Assembly: GCA_014860575.1 (NCBI GenBank)
Contig: JACZJK010000035.1
Location: 67,175 to 131,174, forward strand
From: Bacteroidales bacterium
Lineage (GTDB): Bacteria; Bacteroidota; Bacteroidia; Bacteroidales; JAAYJT01
DNA length: 64,000 nucleotides
Direction of reading: 5' to 3'
Position numbers and translations under genes: made by a program. The notes beneath the pieces are model-generated. The model saw only the letters and a list, made by a program, of their open reading frames with translations, did not search any database and had not been told where the DNA came from. Positions 7,991 through 17,317 of the stretch are shown here, piece after piece (position 1 is the first letter of the stretch; every line of letters starts with the position of its first letter).

Positions 7991-10900
7991 ATGCAGAATA
8001 AATACATACTTAAATTCTTCTCCCGATGCACAGTATTAGTGTTCATCCTTTTATTAGGGATGCAGTCGTTCAGCCAGCGTATTGTGAGCGGAACCGTTAC
8101 AGCTTCTGATACCGGAGAAACTTTGCCGGGCGTAAATGTAATTGTTAAAGGAACTTCCATTGGAACATCAACGGATATCAACGGTTCATTTCAGCTCGAA
8201 GTTATGCCTGGCGAGCAGGTACTGGTTTTTTCATTCATTGGCTACATTGATCAGGAAGTAGTTGTTGGCAACCAGCAGAATATAAATGTGGTACTTGAAA
8301 TCAGTAGCACCCAACTCGAGGAATTTGTTGTGATCGGTTATGGAACGCTGCGCAAAAGCGATTTAACGGGTGCGGTTAGTTCATTGAAGGCGGAAGACAT
8401 CCGGAAAATAACGGCGATTCACCCGGAAAAAGCCCTTCAGGGTAAAGTAACTGGTGTACAGGTAACAACTACTTCCGGAGCGCCCGGAGCAGGCGCTGCG
8501 GTTCGAATCAGGGGTGTGGGCACTTTTAACAATTCCGCCCCGATTTTTGTGGTGGATGGAATGATCCTCGATGATATTTCTTTTTTGAATTCCGGCGATA
8601 TCGAATCAATGGAGGTTCTTAAAGATGCCTCGGCAACCGCCATTTATGGTTCGCGGGGAGCAAATGGTGTTATTCTGATCCAAACCAAGAAAGGTTCTGT
8701 TGATCAGGAAAAACCTTCTTTCAGTTTCTCCAGTGAGTATGGAATTCAAAGACTTGCAAAAAAAATTGAACTGCTCAGCGGCCGGGAGTTTGCAATCATA
8801 AGCAATGAAATCAGGCCAGGTTCGTACAATAATGTGGATATGGTTCCCAATACTGATTGGCAGGATCTGATTTTTCAAACAGCGCCGGTTCAGAACCATC
8901 AGCTTTCTATAACGGGAGCTACGAACATCTCTCAGTATTATTTTGGAATTGGATTGTTTCAACAGGATGGCATTATTCCAAAATCGAACTACCAGCGCAT
9001 TACGCTTAAACTCAATAATACCTACAACCTGTCGAAATATTTCAGGTTGGGGAACAACATTACTGTAGCTCCTTATGATCAACGCAATGCCCCCAATGCA
9101 ACTTATGCAGTTTACCGGGCCCAGCCTTTACTTGAGCCTTATTACAGCGACGGAAGTTTTGGGGTTGTGTACAATGTCGGGAACCCATTGGCCGATCTTG
9201 AGTATTCTAATAATTACAACAGTGGGGTTCGCGGTGTTGGCAATCTTTATGCTGAAGCAAACCCGATTGATGGGATCACACTAAAATCAAGTTTTGGCAT
9301 TGACGCTACATTTAGTAAATCAAAAAGCTTTACACCGGCATATACGGTATATAATCCTGACGGGACTGCCTCCCAACAGTTCAATGAATTCAGCGATCTC
9401 TTCAAAGGGACCGGTGAAAATAGTAGTTGGTTGTGGGAGAACACGGTTTCATACGATAAGCGTATCAGCAAGCATAACATCAATGCAGTTGCCGGTTATA
9501 CAATGCAGAAGACCCGCTCAGAATCTTATGGGCTCTCAGGGCAGAACTTAATTCGTGATAACCCTGATTTCTGGTACATCGCACCTCAATACATCATGGA
9601 TGAAGCTAACAATATCAATATGCTGCAAAGCATCTCTAATAATGTTGATCTAAACCAGAATTACTCAATGATCTCTTACCTTTTCCGGGCTAATTATAGT
9701 TATGATAACCGGTTCATTGGTACCGTAACATTTCGCCGTGATGGTTCTTCCAAGTTCAGCCAGGAAAACCGTTATTCAAACTTTCCTTCTTTTGCCTTGG
9801 GCTGGAATATATCAAATGAGCAATTCATGCAATCATTTGGCCTCATTTCAAACCTGAAACTACGGGCAAGCTGGGGAAAGATCGGTAACGAAAAGATACA
9901 ATATTTCGATCGGTATGCCAGGGTTGAATCCGGCCTTTTAGTTATTTTGTCCGATCCCGATGCCGCTTATCCTGCTGCCAGCTACTTTAGCAGCGGCAAC
10001 CCCGATCTGGTATGGGAAACTACAACCCAAACCGATATTGGATTGGAAGTTGGTATGCTCAACAACCGTTTAACCGGTGAATTTGACTACTACCACCGTA
10101 TAACTGACGACATTCTGATCTTACTCTCAAATCCCGGCCATGTGGGCAATGGGCAGGGTGTAAAGGTGCGTTACAATGCTGCGTCGGCATTGAACCGTGG
10201 TGTTGAGATGAATATACGCTGGCGTGAAAAAGTGGGCGACTTCACTTATAGTGTTGGTGTTCTGGGAACCAGCATTCATAATGAAGTACTCTCAATTGGA
10301 GGTGCAAGCGGAGTAGATTCTGTTTTAATTGGCGGCGGGCTGGCTAATGGACAGCAAGTTACTTTAAGCCGTGTTGGCCTGCCAATCGGAGCATTCTATG
10401 GGTATCAGACCGATGGAATTTTTCAGGACCAGGCCGAGCTGAATGCTTACCCGCACATGTCGCTTGCCGGAGTAGGTGATCTTCGTTTTGTGGATGTAAA
10501 CAACGATGGCCAAATCAATGGTTTGGACAGGACTTATATTGGATCACCAATTCCGAAATATATCTATGGCTTCAATTTCGAAATCCAATACAAAACCATT
10601 GACTTCTCAGTTGATATTCATGGACAAAGCGGGAATGAGATATTCAATGGCAAAGATGTAGTGCGACCCGACCCTTATAACTTTGAGAAAACCGTCTGGG
10701 ACCGCTGGACTGGACCGGGTACAAGTACAACTGAACCACAGCCTTCATTTGGCGGTTACAATTACACGCCTTCTGATCGCTTTATACAGGATGGCTCCTT
10801 TGTTCGCCTGCGAAATATCCAGCTTGGATATACATTGCCTGAATCCCTGACCAACAGGGTCGCAATGCAGCAGGTCAGAATTTATGTAAAAGGCACTAAT

Positions 10901-11032
10901 ATTTATACACAGTCTAAATACACCGGATATACACCTGAAATAGGTGGTCACGATGTGTTGTCGAACGGGATTGACACTGGAGTTTACCCGATTTCTGCCG
11001 TGTATTCTGTTGGTATTAATGTTACATTTTAA
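7991..11032 (+). CDS. SusC/RagA-family TonB-dependent outer-membrane transporter
   Basis: Signal peptide. Carboxypeptidase-regulatory-like domain (VSGTVTASDTGETLPGVNVIVKGTSIGTSTDINGSF) and plug region (VVIGYGTLRKSDLTGAVS). Long barrel ending ..GINVTF. A SusD-like gene follows 11 nt later. Confidence 0.95.
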   Translation: MQNKYILKFFSRCTVLVFILLLGMQSFSQRIVSGTVTASDTGETLPGVNVIVKGTSIGTSTDINGSFQLEVMPGEQVLVFSFIGYIDQEVVVGNQQNINVVLEISSTQLEEFVVIGYGTLRKSDLTGAVSSLKAEDIRKITAIHPEKALQGKVTGVQVTTTSGAPGAGAAVRIRGVGTFNNSAPIFVVDGMILDDISFLNSGDIESMEVLKDASATAIYGSRGANGVILIQTKKGSVDQEKPSFSFSSEYGIQRLAKKIELLSGREFAIISNEIRPGSYNNVDMVPNTDWQDLIFQTAPVQNHQLSITGATNISQYYFGIGLFQQDGIIPKSNYQRITLKLNNTYNLSKYFRLGNNITVAPYDQRNAPNATYAVYRAQPLLEPYYSDGSFGVVYNVGNPLADLEYSNNYNSGVRGVGNLYAEANPIDGITLKSSFGIDATFSKSKSFTPAYTVYNPDGTASQQFNEFSDLFKGTGENSSWLWENTVSYDKRISKHNINAVAGYTMQKTRSESYGLSGQNLIRDNPDFWYIAPQYIMDEANNINMLQSISNNVDLNQNYSMISYLFRANYSYDNRFIGTVTFRRDGSSKFSQENRYSNFPSFALGWNISNEQFMQSFGLISNLKLRASWGKIGNEKIQYFDRYARVESGLLVILSDPDAAYPAASYFSSGNPDLVWETTTQTDIGLEVGMLNNRLTGEFDYYHRITDDILILLSNPGHVGNGQGVKVRYNAASALNRGVEMNIRWREKVGDFTYSVGVLGTSIHNEVLSIGGASGVDSVLIGGGLANGQQVTLSRVGLPIGAFYGYQTDGIFQDQAELNAYPHMSLAGVGDLRFVDVNNDGQINGLDRTYIGSPIPKYIYGFNFEIQYKTIDFSVDIHGQSGNEIFNGKDVVRPDPYNFEKTVWDRWTGPGTSTTEPQPSFGGYNYTPSDRFIQDGSFVRLRNIQLGYTLPESLTNRVAMQQVRIYVKGTNIYTQSKYTGYTPEIGGHDVLSNGIDTGVYPISAVYSVGINVTF

Positions 11033-11043
11033 ACCCCGCGATC

Positions 11044-12519
11044 ATGAAAAAAATAGGATACATACTCGTTGCACTTAGCTTATCAGTCCTCGTGGGTTGT
11101 GAGGATTTTCTTGACATCAATCCGCAGGGAGAACTGACCCAGGAAGCATTTCCGATAAATCAGGCCGATGCGCTGCTAGCTACCAATGCAGCTTATTCAA
11201 CACTTCGTAGTTGGAATTATCATTCAGGAGGTTTTCCGATCCTCGATATTATGTCGGATGATACACATAAAGGAAGTAACCCAAACGATGGTTTGAACAC
11301 CGTGGGGCCTTATGATAATTTCACTCACACTCCTACACAGGACGGCCTCGACCGCTGGTGGGCCTCATTATACCAGGGCATCAAACGCGCTAACGTAGTG
11401 GTTGAAAAGGTGCCTGAGCTAGAAATGGATAACAATTTAAAGAACCGCTATATTGGCGAGGCCAGGTTTTTGCGCGGTTTGTATTATTTCGATCTTGTAA
11501 GGGCTTGGAGTGGCGTACCACTGGTAACTACTACTGTAGTGCCTCTCCAGCTTCCGCGTGCAAGCGTTCAGGAAGTATATGATCTTGTAGAGCAGGATCT
11601 TTTATTTGCTGTGAGCAACTTACCCGAAAAGAGCGGTTACAGCGCCAATGATTTGGGCCGTGCTTCAAAAGGGGCAGCCAGGGCATTGCTGGCCAGGTTC
11701 TATCTTTTTAAAGGCGATTTTGTGAACGCTGAAAAATATGCACTTGAGGTAATTCAATCAAATGAATATGACCTTGAACCGAACTTTGAAGACGCCAATG
11801 GCAAAAATGGCGAGCATGGTGTTGAGTCTGTTTTTGAGATAGGCGCTATGGAAACCGAAGGTGCAGTTGGAAATCAGTATGCCAATACACAAGGCGTTCG
11901 TGGAACACCGAACCGTGGATGGGGTTTTAACCGTCCTTCGCTCAATCTGCGCAATGCATTTGAAGAGGATGATCCGCGTTTGAAACTCACAATCATTGAT
12001 CTTGGAGACGAAATTGATGGTATTTTGATACTGGGCGATGGTACAACTCCTGATGAAACCTTTGATGAGCAGGGAAATTTGGTTGAAGTAGAATGTTACA
12101 ACCGCAAAGTGTGGATTCCGGGAACTTCAACCAATACCCAATTTGGCCATAACCGACGTTTGATCAGATTTTCTGATGTACTATTAATGGCCGCCGAAGC
12201 GCTGAACGAGAATGGCAAACCAGGCGAAGCATTGTTACATCTTAACGAGGTTCGTAATAGAGCGCGGCACGGCAACGGTGAAATTTTGCCTGATATCACA
12301 ACAACCAATAAAGATGAACTTCGCGATCTGATCCTTTTCGAACGCAGGGTAGAACTGGCTATGGAAGGACACCGATTCTGGGATCTTGTAAGAACCGGAA
12401 AAGCACCCCAGTTGTTGGGCCCTCTTGGATACCAGCAAGGCAAACATGAACTACTTCCAATTCCGCAAAATGAGATTGACATTTCGCAGGGATCATTATC
12501 ACAGAATACGAACTGGTAA
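11044..12519 (+). CDS. SusD/RagB-family nutrient-binding outer-membrane lipoprotein
   Basis: Lipobox LVGC followed by EDFLD, which is typical of the SusD N-terminus. The size (491 aa) and the position directly after SusC fit. Confidence 0.9.
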   Translation: MKKIGYILVALSLSVLVGCEDFLDINPQGELTQEAFPINQADALLATNAAYSTLRSWNYHSGGFPILDIMSDDTHKGSNPNDGLNTVGPYDNFTHTPTQDGLDRWWASLYQGIKRANVVVEKVPELEMDNNLKNRYIGEARFLRGLYYFDLVRAWSGVPLVTTTVVPLQLPRASVQEVYDLVEQDLLFAVSNLPEKSGYSANDLGRASKGAARALLARFYLFKGDFVNAEKYALEVIQSNEYDLEPNFEDANGKNGEHGVESVFEIGAMETEGAVGNQYANTQGVRGTPNRGWGFNRPSLNLRNAFEEDDPRLKLTIIDLGDEIDGILILGDGTTPDETFDEQGNLVEVECYNRKVWIPGTSTNTQFGHNRRLIRFSDVLLMAAEALNENGKPGEALLHLNEVRNRARHGNGEILPDITTTNKDELRDLILFERRVELAMEGHRFWDLVRTGKAPQLLGPLGYQQGKHELLPIPQNEIDISQGSLSQNTNW

Positions 12520-12574
12520 GCAGTTATTAGAATCAACATAAAAACCAATTAATCATTCATTAAAAATTATCATT

Positions 12575-13852
12575 ATGAAAAAATTTACTCTTCTTTTAGT
12601 TGCGATGCTGGCAGTGGCCGGCATATCACGTGCTCAAATGGTCGAAGACTTTGAGCATATTAATTTAAATATGATGCTTGGTGGAGCTGATGACAATAGT
12701 ACCATGACGATTGTTCCAAATCCGGATCCAAGTGGTATAAACGTCAGTTCACATGTCGTGAAATTTGATCGTAGCCAGCATGGTGTGCCCTGGGGTGGAT
12801 TCTGGTCATCCTTGCCCGAACCACTTGACCTGACTGTTAATAAGTATGTGCATGTGCGTGTATGGAAGCCACGGATCAGCCCACTGAGGTTTAAAATTGA
12901 AGGAGGCCCCGGCGCAAATACTGAAGTTGCCAGTATGAACCCCCAAACTCTCACTGAAGAATGGGAAGATATCGTTTTTGATTTTTCAGGCGTTACCGGC
13001 GAATGGAATGTAGTAGTCTTTATGCCCGATTTCGAAGATCCTCTGACATTAGAGGATGACATTGTGATCTATTTTGACTACATCATGGTAAATAACGACC
13101 CAACTCCCGGCAGCGCTGCTGCATATGTTGTTGAAGATTTTGATCACATCCAATTGAACCTTATGCTTGGTGGAGCCGATGACAACAGCAGTATGACGGT
13201 TGTTGGTAATCCAGATCCAACTGGTATTAACGAAAGCGGACACGTTGTGAAATATGAACGCAGTCAGCACGGCGTTCCATGGGGAGGTTTCTGGTCTGCG
13301 CTGCCAGCACCTCTTGACCTGACTGATAATAAGTTTGTTTATGTAAAAGTATGGAAACCACGTATCAGCCCTCTTAGATTTAAGGTTGAAGGTGGACCAA
13401 GTGCCAACCTGGAAATTGGCAGCATGTATCCTCAAACCCTTACAGGGGAATGGGAAGAGATTGTTTTCGATTTTTCTGAAAAAACTGGCAGCTGGAACGT
13501 AATTGCTTTTATGCCCGACTTTGAAGATCCACTCACCCTGACTGATGATATTGTTATTTATTTTGACGACATCAGGGTTGGGGGAGATCCTTTATTTACT
13601 TATGAGCCAGACAAGGCAAATCAACTGCAAGTGTATCCAAACCCTGCAAGTGATTTTATAACAATTAGAAATTCAGAAAAAATACAAACTGTTGAGATTT
13701 ACGATCTGGCTGGCAGACTTATGTATTCTGCCAACACGCAGACACTTGAATCTCAGGTGGATGTTTCTGATTTGAATCAGGGTATCTACATTCTTCGAGT
13801 TACTGCCAATAACACTCCGCTCAATACTAAAATAAATATTATGCGTTTTTAA
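12575..13852 (+). CDS. Secreted non-catalytic protein: two tandem CBM-like (jelly-roll) units + T9SS C-terminal sorting domain
   Basis: Signal peptide (..AGISRAQ). Two 151-aa units are about 77% identical (117/151 by hand alignment). The C-terminal T9SS-type tail reads VYPNPASDFITI ... GIYILRV. No catalytic motif recognised. Confidence 0.8.
   Translation: MKKFTLLLVAMLAVAGISRAQMVEDFEHINLNMMLGGADDNSTMTIVPNPDPSGINVSSHVVKFDRSQHGVPWGGFWSSLPEPLDLTVNKYVHVRVWKPRISPLRFKIEGGPGANTEVASMNPQTLTEEWEDIVFDFSGVTGEWNVVVFMPDFEDPLTLEDDIVIYFDYIMVNNDPTPGSAAAYVVEDFDHIQLNLMLGGADDNSSMTVVGNPDPTGINESGHVVKYERSQHGVPWGGFWSALPAPLDLTDNKFVYVKVWKPRISPLRFKVEGGPSANLEIGSMYPQTLTGEWEEIVFDFSEKTGSWNVIAFMPDFEDPLTLTDDIVIYFDDIRVGGDPLFTYEPDKANQLQVYPNPASDFITIRNSEKIQTVEIYDLAGRLMYSANTQTLESQVDVSDLNQGIYILRVTANNTPLNTKINIMRF
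12638..13579 (+). repeat. Intragenic tandem duplication (2 x 453 nt units, 489-nt period)
   Basis: Unit 1 is 12638-13090 (MVEDFEHINLNMMLGGADDN...IVIYFDYIMV). Unit 2 is 13127-13579 (VVEDFDHIQLNLMLGGADDN...IVIYFDDIRV). They are joined by a 12-aa linker, NNDPTPGSAAAY. Confidence 0.95.
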
Positions 13853-13893
13853 GTAATAATTCTAACTAATCATTCAATTTTAAACTAAGTAGT

Positions 13894-15144
13894 ATGAAAA
13901 GAAAGCAGTTTTTTTTAATTCCTCTGGCAGCGTTGGCCATTACAGCAATGGTTTTCACCGCCTGTAAGAAAGATGATGATCCAAAGGATCTTACTTTGGA
14001 AACCCTAGTTGCTGGTACAATAGATCTTAATGCGGCTGTGGCGCCGACCACTGTTCCTCTGGAGCCGACCATTGTTGCTACATTCAGCACAGAAATTGAT
14101 CCGGCGACAGCAATTCCTGCAAACATTACACTAACACAGAATTATGACAATACCGACATTGAACTCACAATCACCGTTGCAGGTAAAAGCATAACTGTTG
14201 TTCCTAAAACAGTACTTGGAAGCGGAACACTCTATGACCTGAAGTTTAAAGCAGGCCTTAAATCAACCGAGGATAAATTCATGACAGAAGTTTCACGTAA
14301 TTTCACCACCGAAGGCACTTTTGCCCCTGCGGGTGTAATTGCTCATTGGACTTTTGAAGACAATGCCAACGATGTAGCAGGTTCATACAATCCAGCTGCC
14401 AACGGCATTGTTGACATAGCTTATGTTGCATCACGCAATGCTGCTGCAGGCAAAGCTGCAGATTTTAACGGAACCAGCAGTATCATTGAGATTCCCAATG
14501 GCGACGTATTAATTAATACAAAGGATTTTACTATATCATTCTGGGTAAAGGCCATGGATCAGGGCAAAGGGCATTTTGTTATTGGCCTGGGCGCATTCTA
14601 TGGTTTGCAGTTCGAGATGTTTGGGGGTCTTGACGGAGCTAAATTTGCCATCCGCTATGAACTGGAAGATGGCACAACAGCCGGTGAAGACATGTGGTTT
14701 CCAAGCGATGCAACTTTTAATGGAAATGGTGGCTGGCAGGGATGGGACTTTGCTAAAGCAATTGCCCCTGCCGATATGATTTCAATGCTTAAAGAAAAGT
14801 GGCTGCATGTAATTTATACCTATGATGGTGATGCTAAAAAAGCAACTTTGTATTACAACGGCGAGAAAATGAAAAGTTTCGATTTCAATCTCTGGCCTGA
14901 TGGCGACGCCAAGCGTGGAGTTAAAGGTATGAAATACGATGGCGCTATGCCCGATGTAAATAATGACCTTGCATTTGGGTTCATCCAGTCAAGAGCCGGA
15001 TCAATGTGGGCTAACGAACCATGGGGTGGTTATACCTTCCCTGAAGCTAACCACTTCAAAGGTCAGCTCGACGATATCAGGATCTACCACAAAGTTTTAA
15101 CTCCAGCGGAAATTCTGTTGATGTACAACTCAGAAAAACCGTAA
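13894..15144 (+). CDS. Surface lipoprotein candidate: Ig-like (SbsA/Big_5-type) domain + LamG/concanavalin-type lectin domain
   Basis: Lipobox FTAC followed by the acidic KKDDDPKD. The N-terminal Ig-like domain resembles that of the next gene. LamG-type motifs are HWTFEDNANDVAGS, FTISFWVKA and GQLDDIRIYHKVLTPAEI. Confidence 0.75.
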   Translation: MKRKQFFLIPLAALAITAMVFTACKKDDDPKDLTLETLVAGTIDLNAAVAPTTVPLEPTIVATFSTEIDPATAIPANITLTQNYDNTDIELTITVAGKSITVVPKTVLGSGTLYDLKFKAGLKSTEDKFMTEVSRNFTTEGTFAPAGVIAHWTFEDNANDVAGSYNPAANGIVDIAYVASRNAAAGKAADFNGTSSIIEIPNGDVLINTKDFTISFWVKAMDQGKGHFVIGLGAFYGLQFEMFGGLDGAKFAIRYELEDGTTAGEDMWFPSDATFNGNGGWQGWDFAKAIAPADMISMLKEKWLHVIYTYDGDAKKATLYYNGEKMKSFDFNLWPDGDAKRGVKGMKYDGAMPDVNNDLAFGFIQSRAGSMWANEPWGGYTFPEANHFKGQLDDIRIYHKVLTPAEILLMYNSEKP

Positions 15145-15167
15145 GGTATGGTTTTAGTTAGGAATGT

Positions 15168-15195
15168 GGAGGGGCGAGCCTAGGCTCACCCCTCC
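15168..15195 (+). terminator. GC-rich hairpin between the LamG gene and the first GH144-like gene
   Basis: GGAGGGGCGAGCC / GGCTCACCCCTCC pair with one C:A mismatch around a central palindrome GAGCCTAGGCTC. There is no U-tract, so it may be an attenuator or processing site rather than a classical terminator. Confidence 0.35.
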
Positions 15196-15212
15196 TTCAT
15201 TAATACTGAAAA

Positions 15213-17198
15213 ATGGCAAACGGCTCCAGGCTAATCATCTTTCTATTTATACTTTTCTCTGCCTTATCCTGCAAAAAAGACAATGGCGACCCAACTGACC
15301 CGGGAACATTGCAATTAATAAGGGTAAGAGCGGGCAATACCACACTGTCACATACACAGAGCACTTCAAATATTCCTGTAAGCAGCATTTTTTATATTGA
15401 ATTCAGCAGTGCTGTAGATACTGCATCGGCCAGAGAAAATATTGCAATTGTAAATACTGAAAGTGACCAAACAATAGGTGCCACAACTTCATTTTCAAAT
15501 GAGAATAAAACGGTGATGCTAACTCCCAACAGCGCTCTTGAAAATTCTGTTACCTACAAAGTTGCAATTTCATCTGAGATAAAGGGTGCAGATAAGCAGA
15601 CCTTCCCAGGAATTGAGTATCCTTTTATGACAGAGGTCGGAACGCTAACCATACAATTAGTTACACTAAATGGTGTAAACTTCAACATTGCAGCAGAAAT
15701 AAAGAACATTGATTTTGATGCAATTGAATTGGTAATTACCTTTTCCGAAAGCCTTGATCTGAATAATTTTCAAAACCATTTTTCATTCTACCCCGGTTTT
15801 GGTTTCAATACAGTTCTTTCTGGTGATCACAAAACGATTACGATCACAAACAATGCAAACCTTGACTACTACTCAAAATACACATTCAATATTTCCCCGA
15901 ATCTGACCGCTCTGAATGGATTTAAGTTCGCCGGCTTTTCAAAACCTTTTTACACAGGCCTTGATCCTACACCGAAATTTCCTCCTATCAGCGATGAGGA
16001 TCTGCTCACGTTGGTCCAAGAACAATCATTTAAATATTTCTGGGACTTTGCTCACCCGGTTAGCGGACTGGCACGCGAGCGGAATTCATCGGGAAATACT
16101 GTAACCATTGGGGGAAGCGGTTTTGGAGTGATGGCAATTTTGGTCGGAATAGAACGTGGGTTTATTTCTCGTGTTGAAGGTGTAAACCGTCTCAATCAAA
16201 TTGTAGATTTCTTAACAGCCGCCGACCGCTTCCATGGTGTTTGGCCACATTGGATGAATGGCAATACCGGGCAAACCATTGCTTTCAGCACAAAAGACAA
16301 CGGCGGCGATCTGGTTGAAACCTCATTCATGGCCGCAGGCCTGTTAACAATTCGTCAGTATTTGGATCCCAATGCTTATTTTGAAGGCTTGCTCTTCAAC
16401 AAGATCAATGTCTTACTCAATGAAATAGAATGGTCGTGGTACACCCGTGGCGGACAAAACGTATTGTACTGGCATTGGTCGCCAAACTATGGCTGGGATA
16501 TGAACATGCAGGTGAGGGGATACAATGAAGCCCTCATTACTTATTTTATGGCCGCCACATCCTCAACTTTTCCGATTGAACCCTCAGTATATCACCAGGG
16601 TTGGGCACGTTCCGGAAATATCAACAACGGTAAAAGCTTTTATGGAATTCCTCTTCCGGTGGGCTATGACTTCGGTGGGCCACTTTTCTTTGCCCATTAC
16701 TCGTTTCTTGGTCTGAACCCAACCAACCTGATTGATCAGTATGCCAACTACTGGACACAGAATGTGAACCATACACTCATCAACCGGCAGCATTGCATTG
16801 AAAATCCTTATAACCATATCGGCTATGATGCAGATTCCTGGGGTCTAACCGCAAGCGACGATCCCTGGGGTTACCTTGCACATGAACCAACTCCTGCAAG
16901 GGACAACGGTACCATTACCCCAACTGCTGCCCTGTCGTCAATGCCATACACCCCCGAAGAATCAATGCAGGCGATGCAACATTTCTATTCGATCCTTGGA
17001 GATAAATTATGGGGCGAATATGGCTTTTATGATGCCTTCAATCCGGGTCAGGGATGGTGGGCAAATTCATACCTGGCAATTGACCAGGGTCCCATCATTG
17101 TAATGATTGAAAACTACCGGACCGGCCTTTGCTGGGATCTGTTCATGTCAGCGCCTGAAGTGCAGGCTGCGATGGATAAGCTGGGGTTTTCAAATTAG
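15213..17198 (+). CDS. Lipoprotein: Ig-like domains + GH144-like (PF10091/DUF3131 glucoamylase-like) domain, candidate surface endo-beta-1,2-glucanase
   Basis: Lipobox ALSC followed by the acidic KKDNGDPTD, then ~250 aa of Ig-like repeats. The C-terminal domain has FKYFWDFAHPVSGLARER, GGSGFGVMAILVGIERG, WGEYGFYDAFNP and IDQGPIIVMIENYRTGLCW. I associate this pattern with the glucoamylase-like family that CAZy classes as GH144. Confidence 0.7.
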   Translation: MANGSRLIIFLFILFSALSCKKDNGDPTDPGTLQLIRVRAGNTTLSHTQSTSNIPVSSIFYIEFSSAVDTASARENIAIVNTESDQTIGATTSFSNENKTVMLTPNSALENSVTYKVAISSEIKGADKQTFPGIEYPFMTEVGTLTIQLVTLNGVNFNIAAEIKNIDFDAIELVITFSESLDLNNFQNHFSFYPGFGFNTVLSGDHKTITITNNANLDYYSKYTFNISPNLTALNGFKFAGFSKPFYTGLDPTPKFPPISDEDLLTLVQEQSFKYFWDFAHPVSGLARERNSSGNTVTIGGSGFGVMAILVGIERGFISRVEGVNRLNQIVDFLTAADRFHGVWPHWMNGNTGQTIAFSTKDNGGDLVETSFMAAGLLTIRQYLDPNAYFEGLLFNKINVLLNEIEWSWYTRGGQNVLYWHWSPNYGWDMNMQVRGYNEALITYFMAATSSTFPIEPSVYHQGWARSGNINNGKSFYGIPLPVGYDFGGPLFFAHYSFLGLNPTNLIDQYANYWTQNVNHTLINRQHCIENPYNHIGYDADSWGLTASDDPWGYLAHEPTPARDNGTITPTAALSSMPYTPEESMQAMQHFYSILGDKLWGEYGFYDAFNPGQGWWANSYLAIDQGPIIVMIENYRTGLCWDLFMSAPEVQAAMDKLGFSN

Positions 17199-17317
17199 TG
17201 ACAATACTACGTGAAAACTAAGTGCATTGATGGTTGAAAAATCATCAATCTGCACAACTTCATTGACACAAATGGAACTGATAAGAACGCATTTGAAAAA
17301 CTATTAATCCAAAGACT

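Noticed and set aside
8606-9082. Long antisense ORFs inside well-supported genes: 8606-9082, 12096-12548, 12634-13062, 20130-20678, 22376-22765, 28444-28791, 31425-31835, 37958-38494, 51236-51682
   Set aside because: Each is fully embedded opposite a gene with strong family motifs. Each has odd composition (Arg-, Ser-, Pro- or Cys-rich), no motif and no start context. This is typical of shadow ORFs.
17225-17252. A small hairpin (ATTGATG .. CATCAAT) after the first GH144-like gene, considered as a terminator
   Set aside because: It has only a 7-bp AT-rich stem, a 10-nt loop and no U-tract, which is too weak to call.
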